A stretch of DNA of 64,000 nt from an uncultured Planctomycetota bacterium (lineage in GTDB: Bacteria > Planctomycetota > Planctomycetia > Gemmatales > Gemmataceae): contig CAWKHF010000012.1 in assembly GCA_963849325.1 (NCBI GenBank), positions 1,248,001 to 1,312,000 of the forward strand, read 5' to 3'. The stretch's first letter is position 1. Each line of letters opens with the position of its first letter. The notes beneath the pieces were generated by a model, which was not told the DNA's origin, searched no databases, and was given only the letters and a program-made list of their open reading frames with translations. Below, in pieces: positions 10,231 to 19,589 of this stretch. Made by a program: the position numbers and the translations under genes.

Positions 10231-12792
10231 CTAGTACCTCGTTATGGTCTCGCGCAGATTCAGGATGACGCGCATCACGGCGGTCGTGGCCGCCAATTCC
10301 GCCACGTCCACGTCGGAGGGAACGGGAGACTCGCCAATGTTCAGGAATGCGGAAGCAGCAGCGGAGTCTTTCCGGTAACGTTGAAGTTCCTTGGCGTAAA
10401 GCGTTTGAAGGACCGTTTCTTCCGGGGAAGTGATGTCGCGGAGAAGGGCCTGTTGATAGGCATAATGGAAGCGCTCGGCGGGCGGAGCTTCTTTGACCAC
10501 ACGATAAGCGAAGACACGGGCCGCCTCGGCGTAGGACGGATCGTTCAGCAGAGCGAGGGCTTGAAGCGGAGTGGCCGAACGCGGCCGGTCTCCAATGCAC
10601 GATTGCCGGGGCGGGGCGTCGAACAGGTAGAGACTGGGATGGGGATAGTTGCGACACCAAAAAGTGTAGAGACCTCGACGATGTTGGTTTGCTCCCGTGT
10701 CGGGTTTATAGATTTTGTTCTCCTGCGTGAAACGGTCGGCCCAATATCCATCGGGTTGGTAGGGTTTGACGCTCGGGCCGCCGACATCGCGGGCCAGAAG
10801 TCCGCTGATCGTCAGGGCGTTGTCGCGAATAAACTCGGCGTCGATGCGGAATCGGTTCTGTCGCGTCAGCCAGGTGTTGGCGGGATCGCGCTCTTCCATG
10901 ACGAGGTCTGCCTGGGAGTCCTGCCGATACGTGTTCGACATGAGGAGCAATTTCAGCGTGGATTTGATGTCCCACGAGCGTTCCTGAATTTCGACGGCGA
11001 GCCAATCGAGCAATTGCGGATGAGTCGGTAAGGCGCCTTGAGCGCCGAAATCATCGACGGAGGCCACGAGTCCCTTGCCGAAAGCCAGCTTCCAGAGGCG
11101 ATTGGCGAGGACGCGCGACGGGAGTGGGTTCGAGTCGGAGAAGAGCCACACGGCCAAGTACAATCGATTTAGTCCGACCTCCGGGGGAAGGCGATGAGGA
11201 AACAAGGCGGCGGGTAGGCCGGGCTTCACTTCTTCTCCCGACTTGTCCTGCCAATCGCCGCGCGGAAGGATGCGCACCGGACGCGGCGGCTCCGATGTGG
11301 AAACCAGGGTTGCCAGTGTCTCGTTCTCCACGACACTGCGCCGCGCGACGGTCTCCTCAAGCTGTTTGGAGATTTCCGCCAGACCGGGAGCCACCTTGGC
11401 GTAATAACGCTCGATATTGATGTTTTGATCGGACGTCCGCTGGCTCTTGTCCAGGCGAAGGAACGCCCGGATGTCCTCGGGGACCCCCTTGTAATCTTCC
11501 TGTTTGAGTTTCGCTTCCCATTTTTCCCGTGCCGCTCCCGACTCGGAAACTTTTTTTTGCAACTCGGCGTCGAGCCGTCCGGCCCTGTCCTGGACTTCGT
11601 GCAGCTTCCGCTTCTGCTCCTCGGTTTGCGGGAAGAAGGTCAGGCTTTGTTGCCCGACCGCTGTTTCCTGGATGTCGGCAAAGAAAGCTGCAAGCTGATA
11701 AAATTCCTTTGTGGTAATTGGATCGAATTTATGATCGTGACACTCGGCACATCCCATCGTCAAACCGAGCCAGACCGAGGACACATTTCTCACGCGATCG
11801 GCCGCATATCGCGCTCGCCGCTCTTCCGGCTCGGCGCAGCCTTCTGCCGAATTCATCAAGATGCGATTGTATCCTGAACCGATTCGGTCCTCCTGTTTGG
11901 GCTCCGGCAAGAGGTCGCCGGCGAGTTGCTGGATTGTGAACCAATTGAATCTTTTATTTCGGTTAAAGGAATCGATGACGAAATCGCGGTACAACCACAC
12001 CCGGCGGTCACTATCCACGGAATAACCTTCCGTGTCGGCATAACGCACCAGGTCGAGCCAGGCCACCGCCATCCGTTCCCCGTAATGCGGCGAAGCCAGC
12101 AGTCGGTCCACGAGAAATTCGTATGCGTCAGGGGAAGGGTCGTTGACGAAACTTTCTACCTCTTCGGGAGTAGGCGGGAGGCCGGTTACGTCCAGGGTCA
12201 GACGGCGAATCAACGTCCGGCGATCCGCCTCGGGGGCCGGGTGCAGACCGTGTGCTTCCTGTGCCGAGAGGATGAAAGTATCGACGGGGTTGCGAACCCA
12301 GACCAAGTTGCGAACCGCCGGCAGCGGAGGCTTCACGGGACGGACGAACGACCAGTGCGCATCGAACGACGCACCCTCGTCGATCCAACGGCGGATAAGA
12401 TCGATTTGATGGGGTGTCAGTTGCGGTTTTTTCGACGACGGAGGGGGCATCCGCTTACGGGGATTGGCACTGGTGATCTTCGCCACCAACCGACTTGCGT
12501 CCGAATGGTTCGGCACGATGGCCGATGCCACGGCTTCCTCCCGAACATCCAGGCGGAGACCCGCTTCGCGTGATCCCTCGTCAGGGCCGTGACAGGAATA
12601 ACAATAATTGGACAGGATGGGCCTGATGTCTCGATTATAGTCGGCCCTCTCGTTCTCGCCCAATCCCGACAGCGATACGCTGCTCTCCTGCTGATCCGCG
12701 GCACTTTTCTTGGATACCCGGTGCCACAATCCCCAGACCGAAAGCAGGCTCGCAACTGCCAGGATAGCGACGATACTCCGAAGATGTTTCAT
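10231..12792 (-). CDS. Planctomycete cytochrome c / DUF1549 / DUF1553 (PSCyt1-PSCyt2-PSD1) protein
   Basis: CYSCHGPD heme motif, SPHYGERMA, WLDLVRYADT, CAECHDHKFDP, PTHPQLLDWLA, TPLQALALLND. Confidence 0.9.
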   Translation of the reverse strand: MKHLRSIVAILAVASLLSVWGLWHRVSKKSAADQQESSVSLSGLGENERADYNRDIRPILSNYCYSCHGPDEGSREAGLRLDVREEAVASAIVPNHSDASRLVAKITSANPRKRMPPPSSKKPQLTPHQIDLIRRWIDEGASFDAHWSFVRPVKPPLPAVRNLVWVRNPVDTFILSAQEAHGLHPAPEADRRTLIRRLTLDVTGLPPTPEEVESFVNDPSPDAYEFLVDRLLASPHYGERMAVAWLDLVRYADTEGYSVDSDRRVWLYRDFVIDSFNRNKRFNWFTIQQLAGDLLPEPKQEDRIGSGYNRILMNSAEGCAEPEERRARYAADRVRNVSSVWLGLTMGCAECHDHKFDPITTKEFYQLAAFFADIQETAVGQQSLTFFPQTEEQKRKLHEVQDRAGRLDAELQKKVSESGAAREKWEAKLKQEDYKGVPEDIRAFLRLDKSQRTSDQNINIERYYAKVAPGLAEISKQLEETVARRSVVENETLATLVSTSEPPRPVRILPRGDWQDKSGEEVKPGLPAALFPHRLPPEVGLNRLYLAVWLFSDSNPLPSRVLANRLWKLAFGKGLVASVDDFGAQGALPTHPQLLDWLAVEIQERSWDIKSTLKLLLMSNTYRQDSQADLVMEERDPANTWLTRQNRFRIDAEFIRDNALTISGLLARDVGGPSVKPYQPDGYWADRFTQENKIYKPDTGANQHRRGLYTFWCRNYPHPSLYLFDAPPRQSCIGDRPRSATPLQALALLNDPSYAEAARVFAYRVVKEAPPAERFHYAYQQALLRDITSPEETVLQTLYAKELQRYRKDSAAASAFLNIGESPVPSDVDVAELAATTAVMRVILNLRETITRY

Positions 12793-13324
12793 TGCCAGCC
12801 TCTATCACTTCCCTGAGATGGCAGGACCGACGAGTAACATGAGGAGACCCTTGTCCTTCTTGACTTTGTGCCTCTTGTACGCGATGCTCGCATCCATCGT
12901 CCAGGTCAAATATTCCGCCCTCCCCAAACACAAACGTCGGAACCCACCGTATTGTTAATGGTCTGGTGCCATTCCGGGGTTTCAGGAGCACCAAGCCTTC
13001 ACCTCTATAACTTTCCTCCCCCTCTTTCCACTTCGCTACAAGTCCCCCTTGCCCGCGCCGCCTACTTCGCTTGGCGCTTCTCCCAGGCGTAAGCTGCTCT
13101 GCACAGTTTGCCATGCCACAGGAATGAATCGGCCATCGAAAGTTGACATCCCCTATTCCTTCATCGTCAATCCCATTCTGGATTATTAGTTACTTCCCTT
13201 TCCCGCGATCCCTTCTGACGTTGACCCCATCGGCGGAGAATGGGTATGAGCGTAGAGGGAACGAAGCGCCTCCGCCCGGGTCGATACTTCGTCCTCTCTT
13301 TCGCCTGTGCAGGAGGTTACGAGC

Positions 13325-13885
13325 ATGATTCGTTCACGAAGCGTTCTGGGGTCTCTGGCCGTCGCGTTGCTGACGAGCGGCGTCGCCCTGGCCGGCTCGG
13401 TCACGTCGGGGCCCCAGCTAGAGGAGAAGGTTCCGGGTCCGTTCGCCCCGCTCAACGTCACCGGGCCGAATGCCGGCGAGAAGTTCTGCCAGTATTGCAA
13501 GAACAAATCGCGCCCGGTCGCCGTCGTCTTCGCCAAACAACTCACCCCCGAAGTGGTGCGGCTGCTCCAGAAGATCGATTACGCCACGGCGAAGAATGCG
13601 GAGCGGAGCCTGGGCAGCTATGCGGTCTTTTGCAGCGATTCCGAGGGACTGGGCAAGCAGCTCCAGGACGTCGCCCGGCAGGCGCAGATCCAGCAGACCA
13701 TCCTGACCCTGTACAAGGCCGGCGGACCGGAACGCTACCACCTGTCTGCGGAAGCGGACGTCACCGTCCTGCTCTACACCAACTTTACCGTCAAGGCCAA
13801 CCACGCCTTCAAGGCCGGCGAACTGACGGAGGCCGCGACCGACGCCATCCTCGCCGATCTCGCCAAGATGCTGTCAGACAACTAA
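13325..13885 (+). CDS. Secreted thioredoxin-fold-like protein with CxxC
   Basis: RBS GGAGG; signal peptide ending ALA; SGPQxxEKVPGPFxPLNVTG followed by CQYC. Confidence 0.6.
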   Translation: MIRSRSVLGSLAVALLTSGVALAGSVTSGPQLEEKVPGPFAPLNVTGPNAGEKFCQYCKNKSRPVAVVFAKQLTPEVVRLLQKIDYATAKNAERSLGSYAVFCSDSEGLGKQLQDVARQAQIQQTILTLYKAGGPERYHLSAEADVTVLLYTNFTVKANHAFKAGELTEAATDAILADLAKMLSDN

Positions 13886-13912
13886 CGGGCCGTCTGACAA
13901 CGGATATCTTGT

Positions 13913-13973
13913 TTCGCCGCGACGCGCAGCGGAGCGCGGGAGAGTCCCGCGCTCCGCTGCGCGTCGCGGCGAA
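13913..13973. repeat. GC-rich palindromic element, family E (REP-like)
   Basis: TTCGCCGCGACGCGCAGCGGAGCGCGGGA-gag-TCCCGCGCTCCGCTGCGCGTCGCGGCGAA, a perfect long hairpin. Confidence 0.8.
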
Positions 13974-14008
13974 TCGAAATGATTCCCGAACCAGTCAGGG
14001 AGAAGGAC

Positions 14009-16228
14009 ATGGTCGCCGCGCGCGGCATCCTGCTGACCGGGGCGACGGGCTTGCTCGGCCGCTACCTTCTGCGCGACCTGCTGGCCCGTGGCCGCCGAGT
14101 CGGCGTCCTGGTCCGCGATAGCGGCGACAAGAGTGCGGCGGATCGCCTCGCGGAACTCGTCGCCTTCGGCAGCGAAACGCTCGGCCGTACCCTGCCGCGG
14201 CCGGTGCTGCTCCACGGCGACCTGACGGCGCCGGGTCTGGGCCTGGGAACGGCGGAGCGGCGCTGGCTGGCACGACAGGCGGAGTCCGTGGTGCATTCGG
14301 CCGCCTACGTCTGCTATCAGCCGAGACCGGACGGCGAGCCGTGGCAGACGAATGTCCACGGCACGCGCCGCTTGCTGGAGCTATGCCGATCCCTGGGATT
14401 GAACGAGGTCCATCATCTGTCCACGGCCTTCGTCTGCGGCGATCGTCGCGGGGTCGTCCAGGAGGACGAGTTGGATTGTGGCGGAGGCGGCGGCAACGCC
14501 TACGAGCAGAGCAAGTTCGCCGCCGAGCAGATGATTCGCGGCTTCGACGGCATTCGCGCGACGATCTACCGCCCCTCGGTCGTCGTCGGCGACAGCCGCA
14601 CCGGCTACACAAGCACTTACCACCACTTCTATCGCTTTCTGGAGTTGGCGGTTCGCCTCTCGTCCGGCCCGGCCGGCGAGAGAGGCTCCCGGCCGCGCCG
14701 GCATCGTCTGCCGCTGCGTCTGCCCTTGACCGGCGAGGAAACACAAAACCTCGTGCCCGTGGACTGGGTCTCGCAGGCGCTGGTCGAGTTACTGCACCGT
14801 CCACGCTGGCACGGCCGCACGTATCATCTCACGGCCCGCCAGTCGGTGCGCCTGCAGGAGATCAAGGCCATCATCGAGGACCTGTTGCACCTCGAAGGCC
14901 TTCAATGGGTCGGCCGCACGGGGCTGACCAGCCCCACCTCCCTCGAACATCTCGTCCAGGAGCAATTTCGGGATTACTGGTCGTATCTGCACAGAGGCCT
15001 CGTCTTCGACTGCCGCAACACGCGCGAGGCGCTGCCGGACCTGCCGCCGCCGCCGTTCGACCGCGACCTGGTGGTTCGGCTGCTACGCTTCGCGCGGGAG
15101 GACGGCTGGGGGCGCGAGCGAAGCCGTAGCGGGCTGACGCGGACTCCAGACCTCGGGCGTTATCTGGAGGAGATCTTGCCCGGACAGATCCAGCAGTCGA
15201 CGATCGCATCGGCCCTGCCGCGCGGGCTGCAATTTGCTCTCGACATCCGCGGCCCCGGCGGAGGACAATGGGCCTGCCACTGCGGTGATCGAACGCTCGC
15301 GGTGCGGCAAGGACCTGACCCCGGCGCCGCCCTGACCTTCCGCATGGATGTGCCTACCTTCGACAGCCTCCTCAGCGGCCGGCAAACGGCGCAGAAAGCC
15401 TTCTTCGACGGACGGATCGAGATGGATGGCGACATGGAGAAAGCCCTCAAACTGGCCATGCTCATCGAGCAATTCCTCGCCCAACGACCGGAGCACCCCT
15501 ACAGCAAACAGAGAGGCTACATGCCGTTGGCGGACGCTAGAAGCACGGTGATCGAAGGGGTCCAGTTCCCCGCCGGTGCGCACCTGCTGGAAGGCGAACT
15601 GGCCTACCCCGAAGAGACGGACGGTCTTCTCGGCGGCGTCGTCCTCGCCGGCTCGCATCCGCTGCTGGGCGGCAACATGCACAACAATGTTGTGCGCGGC
15701 CTCGGCGACGGCCTGGCCGAGCGCGGCCTGGCGACGCTGCGCTTCAATTACCGAGGCGTCGGCCGCAGTGAGGGACCGTCGGTCGATGTGGCCCGGCACA
15801 TGGCCGAGTTCTGGGAGACGTCCCATGTCGCCGGTGAGATGGACCTGTGGCGGGACGTGCAGGGGGCCGTCGATTTCCTCTGTCCCCTCACCGGGGCGGG
15901 GCGGCCGCTGGTCCTGATCGGCTACAGCTTCGGCTGCGCCTTGCTGCCGTCGGTTCGCCCGTCCGAGCCGCCCGCTGCCCTGGTGCTCATCGCCCCTCCC
16001 CTGGGCAAGCACGATTATTCGGAGTTTGAAAAGGTTAAAAGTCCATTGTTGGTGATCGTGTCGGAGGGGGATTTCACTCTGGAGCCGGCACGCCTGCGGC
16101 GGTGGTTCGACCGGCTCGCGGCGGAAAAGGAACTGGTGCAGGCGCCACGGGACAATCACTTTTTCCGCGGCCATGAGCCGTGGCTGGTGGACACCGTGTC
16201 CGCCTTCCTGAAGGAACACCTGCCATGA
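14009..16228 (+). CDS. Fusion of extended SDR/thioester-reductase (NAD_binding_4-like), SCP2 lipid-binding domain and alpha/beta hydrolase
   Basis: Reductase: LLTGATGLLG, HLSTAFVCG, YEQSK, YRPSVVVG, NLVPVDWV. SCP2: AFFDGRIEMDGDMEKALKL. Hydrolase: HPLLGGNMHNNVV, RFNYRGVGRSEG, GYSFG, DNHFF. Start 13979 or 14009 (RBS GAAGGA). Confidence 0.8.
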   Translation: MVAARGILLTGATGLLGRYLLRDLLARGRRVGVLVRDSGDKSAADRLAELVAFGSETLGRTLPRPVLLHGDLTAPGLGLGTAERRWLARQAESVVHSAAYVCYQPRPDGEPWQTNVHGTRRLLELCRSLGLNEVHHLSTAFVCGDRRGVVQEDELDCGGGGGNAYEQSKFAAEQMIRGFDGIRATIYRPSVVVGDSRTGYTSTYHHFYRFLELAVRLSSGPAGERGSRPRRHRLPLRLPLTGEETQNLVPVDWVSQALVELLHRPRWHGRTYHLTARQSVRLQEIKAIIEDLLHLEGLQWVGRTGLTSPTSLEHLVQEQFRDYWSYLHRGLVFDCRNTREALPDLPPPPFDRDLVVRLLRFAREDGWGRERSRSGLTRTPDLGRYLEEILPGQIQQSTIASALPRGLQFALDIRGPGGGQWACHCGDRTLAVRQGPDPGAALTFRMDVPTFDSLLSGRQTAQKAFFDGRIEMDGDMEKALKLAMLIEQFLAQRPEHPYSKQRGYMPLADARSTVIEGVQFPAGAHLLEGELAYPEETDGLLGGVVLAGSHPLLGGNMHNNVVRGLGDGLAERGLATLRFNYRGVGRSEGPSVDVARHMAEFWETSHVAGEMDLWRDVQGAVDFLCPLTGAGRPLVLIGYSFGCALLPSVRPSEPPAALVLIAPPLGKHDYSEFEKVKSPLLVIVSEGDFTLEPARLRRWFDRLAAEKELVQAPRDNHFFRGHEPWLVDTVSAFLKEHLP

Positions 16229-17359
16229 CCTCCCGCACGCTGTCCCGAGAAAAGACCCCTTGTCCTCCGGCGATCTCCGGCCGCGACGGGCGGCTGCGCG
16301 AAGTGCTGGCGCTGCACTTCCATCCCGAATACGGCAGCGAATACTGGCTGCAACGTCAGGAACGGCTGGGCTGGGATGTGTGCGACCGAGTGCGCACGCT
16401 CGACGACCTGTGGCTGCTCGGCCCCACCCCGGCGGCCGACCTGCGGCGATCCCCTTTGCGGGCGTTCATTCCGCGTGCCTTTCATCGGCAGCTGCCGCGC
16501 TTCGTGATCGGCGAGACCGCCGGCACCAGCGGCGCGCCGCTGGCCACGGCCTACCGTGAGGATGAGTTCCAGGCCGCCTTCGTCACGCCGTTCCTGCGCG
16601 TGGCCGAGGCGACGGGATTCCCGCGCGGCGAGCCTTGGCTGTGGGTTGGTCCTTCCGGCCCGCACATCATCGGCAAGGTGGTCCGCGAGCTGGCCCGGCA
16701 GAGCGGCAGCATGGACCCCTTCAGCGTCGATTTCGACCCGCGCTGGGCGAAGAAACTGGCCGACGGATCGCTGGCCCGCCGGCGCTATCTCGATCACGTC
16801 ACGAGCCAGGCGCTGGACGTGCTGCGACGCGAGGACGTCGGTGTGCTGTTCACCACGCCGCCGGCCTTGGCGGCGCTGGCGGAGCAACTGACGGATCACG
16901 CAGCGCGAGGCGATTCACGGCATCCATTACGGCGGCATGAGCCTGACGCCGGAGACGGTCAACGACTTCCGGGCCGCCTTTCCCCAGGCGGTGCATCTGG
17001 CCGGCTACGGCAATACGCTCTTCGGCGTCGTCATGGAAGTGGCTGACGCGCCACGGCAGGACATCGATTACTTCCCGCTGGACGAGCGTGTCCGGTTCCA
17101 CGTCGTGGAATGGTCCGACGATGAGGAGGAGACGCTTCGCGCATGGCCGCCGCGCCGGCGCGAGCGGGGCCAGAGCGGGCGCGTGCTGTTCCATCGCCTC
17201 GACGAGAGCTGCCTGCTGGTGGGCGTGGTGGAGCGCGACGAGGCGGAGCGCATCGCTCCGAGCGCGGCGGCGCGGCCGCTGGGTTGTACCGCCGACGGCT
17301 TACGCAATCCACGGCCGCCGGCCCCACTGGCCGGCCGACTGCAACTGGGGCTGTATTGA
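16225..17359 (+). CDS. EhpF-like atypical ANL-superfamily adenylating enzyme (frameshift near 16900)
   Basis: N-terminal HFHPEYGSEYW...DRVRTLDDL, P-loop-like GETAGTSGAP, later YGGMS and GYGNTLFG; about 375 codons once ORFs 16180..17046 and 16937..17359 are joined. ATGA overlap with the upstream gene. Confidence 0.65.
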
Positions 17360-17360
17360 C

Positions 17361-17422
17361 AATCGATTGCCCAATCCGCTTGCGGCTTAGCGCTAAGCCG
17401 CAAGCGGATTGGGCAATCGATT
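17361..17422. repeat. Perfect 62-bp palindrome with family B core (CCGCTTGCGGCTTAGC)
   Basis: AATCGATTGCCCAATCCGCTTGCGGCTTAGC is followed directly by its exact reverse complement, with no loop. Confidence 0.9.
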
Positions 17423-17439
17423 CGGTCAAGGAGGACCGC

Positions 17440-18312
17440 ATGGAAGCGCTGAAGCGGCTGCGCATCGCCTACACGCCCGACAGCGACGACGCCTTCTACT
17501 ACGACGCCCTGGAGACCGGCCGTGTGACGCTGCCCGGCTACGATCCGGCATTCGATCGTCAACCGATGAGCGTCCTCAACCGCTCGGCCCTGCACGGTCT
17601 GTACGAAGTGACCGCCATTTCCTCTGTTGTTTATCCGCAAATTGCTCGCCGCTATGCGATCCTGAGCGTGGGCACCAGCGTCGGCCGCGGTTACGGGCCG
17701 GTGCTGGTCAGCCGTGAGCCGCGCACCCTGGGCGAGCTGGCCGGGCGACCCGTCGGCGTCGGCGGCATCCCGACGACCGGCTGGTTTTTGCTTCGCTGTC
17801 TCTGCCCCGAGGCGGTGCCGATCGAGATGCCGTTCGACCGCATCGCCGACGCCGTCGCCGCCGGCGAGCTGGACGCCGGCGTGATGATCCACGAGGAGCT
17901 GCTGTACTATCCCCGGCTCGGTTTGCACCGCGTCCTGGACCTCGGAGCGGAGTGGTGCCGGCGCCACGGTTTGCCGCTGCCGGTCGGACTCAACGTCATC
18001 CGCCGCGACCTCGGCCTGCCGGCCATGCAGCGCATCTGCGCCGCGATCCGCCGCAGCCTGCGTCACGGCCTCGAACATCGCCGCGAGGCGCTCGCGCGCG
18101 TCCGCCGCTTTGGCCGCGGCGCGGAAGGCGGATGCACCGAGCGTTTCGTGGCGATGTTCGCCAACGAGGACTCGGTGCACATGCCCGACGATGTGCGCAT
18201 GGGTCTGCGGGTGCTGCTGGCCCAGGTCGCCGACCTGGGCGTCAGCGCCGGAGTGCCGGACCTCGACATCATCGAAGGCGCATCGCCGGTCCTGACGCCG
18301 CAGGCCGCCTGA
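17440..18312 (+). CDS. MqnA/MqnD/SBP-family protein (1,4-dihydroxy-6-naphthoate synthase MqnD-like)
   Basis: RBS AGGAGG; IAYTPDSDDAFYY, SVGRGYGPVLV, GVMIHEELLYY, DLGAEW...LPLPVGLNVIRRDLG resemble MqnD motifs. Confidence 0.8.
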   Translation: MEALKRLRIAYTPDSDDAFYYDALETGRVTLPGYDPAFDRQPMSVLNRSALHGLYEVTAISSVVYPQIARRYAILSVGTSVGRGYGPVLVSREPRTLGELAGRPVGVGGIPTTGWFLLRCLCPEAVPIEMPFDRIADAVAAGELDAGVMIHEELLYYPRLGLHRVLDLGAEWCRRHGLPLPVGLNVIRRDLGLPAMQRICAAIRRSLRHGLEHRREALARVRRFGRGAEGGCTERFVAMFANEDSVHMPDDVRMGLRVLLAQVADLGVSAGVPDLDIIEGASPVLTPQAA

Positions 18313-18334
18313 CTCAACCCCGGAGAGGACAAGC

Positions 18335-19576
18335 ATGGACCGTGCGCAACAATTGCTCGCCGCCAAGCGGGACTTCCTGGTTCCCTGCGTCTATCACTTC
18401 TACCAGCGGCCGCCCGTGCTGGTGCGCGGCGAGGGCGTCTACCTGTTCGACGCCGAGGGGCGGCGCTACCTCGACTGCTACTGCGGCGTCACCGTCGTCA
18501 GCGCCGGCCACTCCAATCCCGAGATCCTGGAAGCGGCCATCGAGCAACTCCGCCGGTTGCAGCACACGACGACCATCTACCTGACCGAGCCGATGCTCGA
18601 GCTGGCCCGCGCCATCGCGGAACTGGCCCCGGCCGCCGCTGCGGCGCAGCTTCTTCTGCGCCAGCGGCAGCGAGGCCAACGAGGGCGCCCTGCTGCTGGC
18701 CGCGCTGGCCACCGGCCGGCGCGAGTGCGTCTACCTGCGCGAGGGGCTGCACGGCCGGACCAAGTGGGCGATGAGCGTCACCGGCCTGGACCTGTGGCGC
18801 ACCGACCCCGATCCGCTGCTGACGGCCCACGCCGTGCCGGGGCCGCGCCATCCCGATAGCCTGCTCCGCCGTCGAGCGCCTGCTGCGGCGAGAGACGATC
18901 GCCGCCGTCATCGCCGAGCCGATCCAGGGCAACGGCGGCATCGTCGTGCCGCCGGACCACTACTGGCCGGAGCTGCGCCGACTGTGCAGCCAGTACGGGA
19001 CACTGCTGATCGCCGACGAGGTTCAGACGGCGTGGAACCGCACCGGCCGTTGGTTCGCCACCGAGCACTGGCAGCGTCGTGCCCGACATCGTGACGGTGG
19101 CCAAGGCGCTGGGCAACGGCTTCCCCATCGCCGCCTACCTGACCAGCGACGCCATCGCCGCCCACTACACGCGGCCGGGCGCGGCGACGTTCGGCGGCAA
19201 CCTGGTGTCCTGCCGCGCCGCCCTGGCCACGCTGCGCTTCCACCAGCGCCACCAGCTGGGCCGCCGCAGCGAGACGCTCGGCGCGCACCTGGCGGAGACG
19301 GCTGCGGCGAGTTGCAGCAGCGTCACCCGGCCATCGCCGAGGTGCGCGGCCGCGGGCTGATGATCGGCGTCGAGCTGCACGGCGCCCGATGGCAGCCCGG
19401 CGGCCGCGCTGACCGATACCGTCCTGGAAGGCATGAAGGACGCCGGCTACCTGATCGGCAAGACCGGACCCGGCCGCAACGTGCTGACGTTCTTGCCGCC
19501 GTTGATCGTCGAGGCGAGCGAGCTGGACGGATTGGTCGATGCGCTCGATCGCGTGCTGACGAGCGAAAAAGCCTGA
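18335..19576 (+). CDS. Class III PLP-dependent aminotransferase (several frameshifts)
   Basis: [70 protein letters not shown] are spread over consecutive frames. Confidence 0.85.
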
Positions 19577-19589
19577 ACGGGGAGGAGTC

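Noticed and set aside
12839-12958. 39-aa hydrophobic/basic small ORF (MRRPLSFLTLCLLYAML...)
   Set aside because: Short, weak RBS and located in a divergent promoter region; cannot be supported without homology or expression data.
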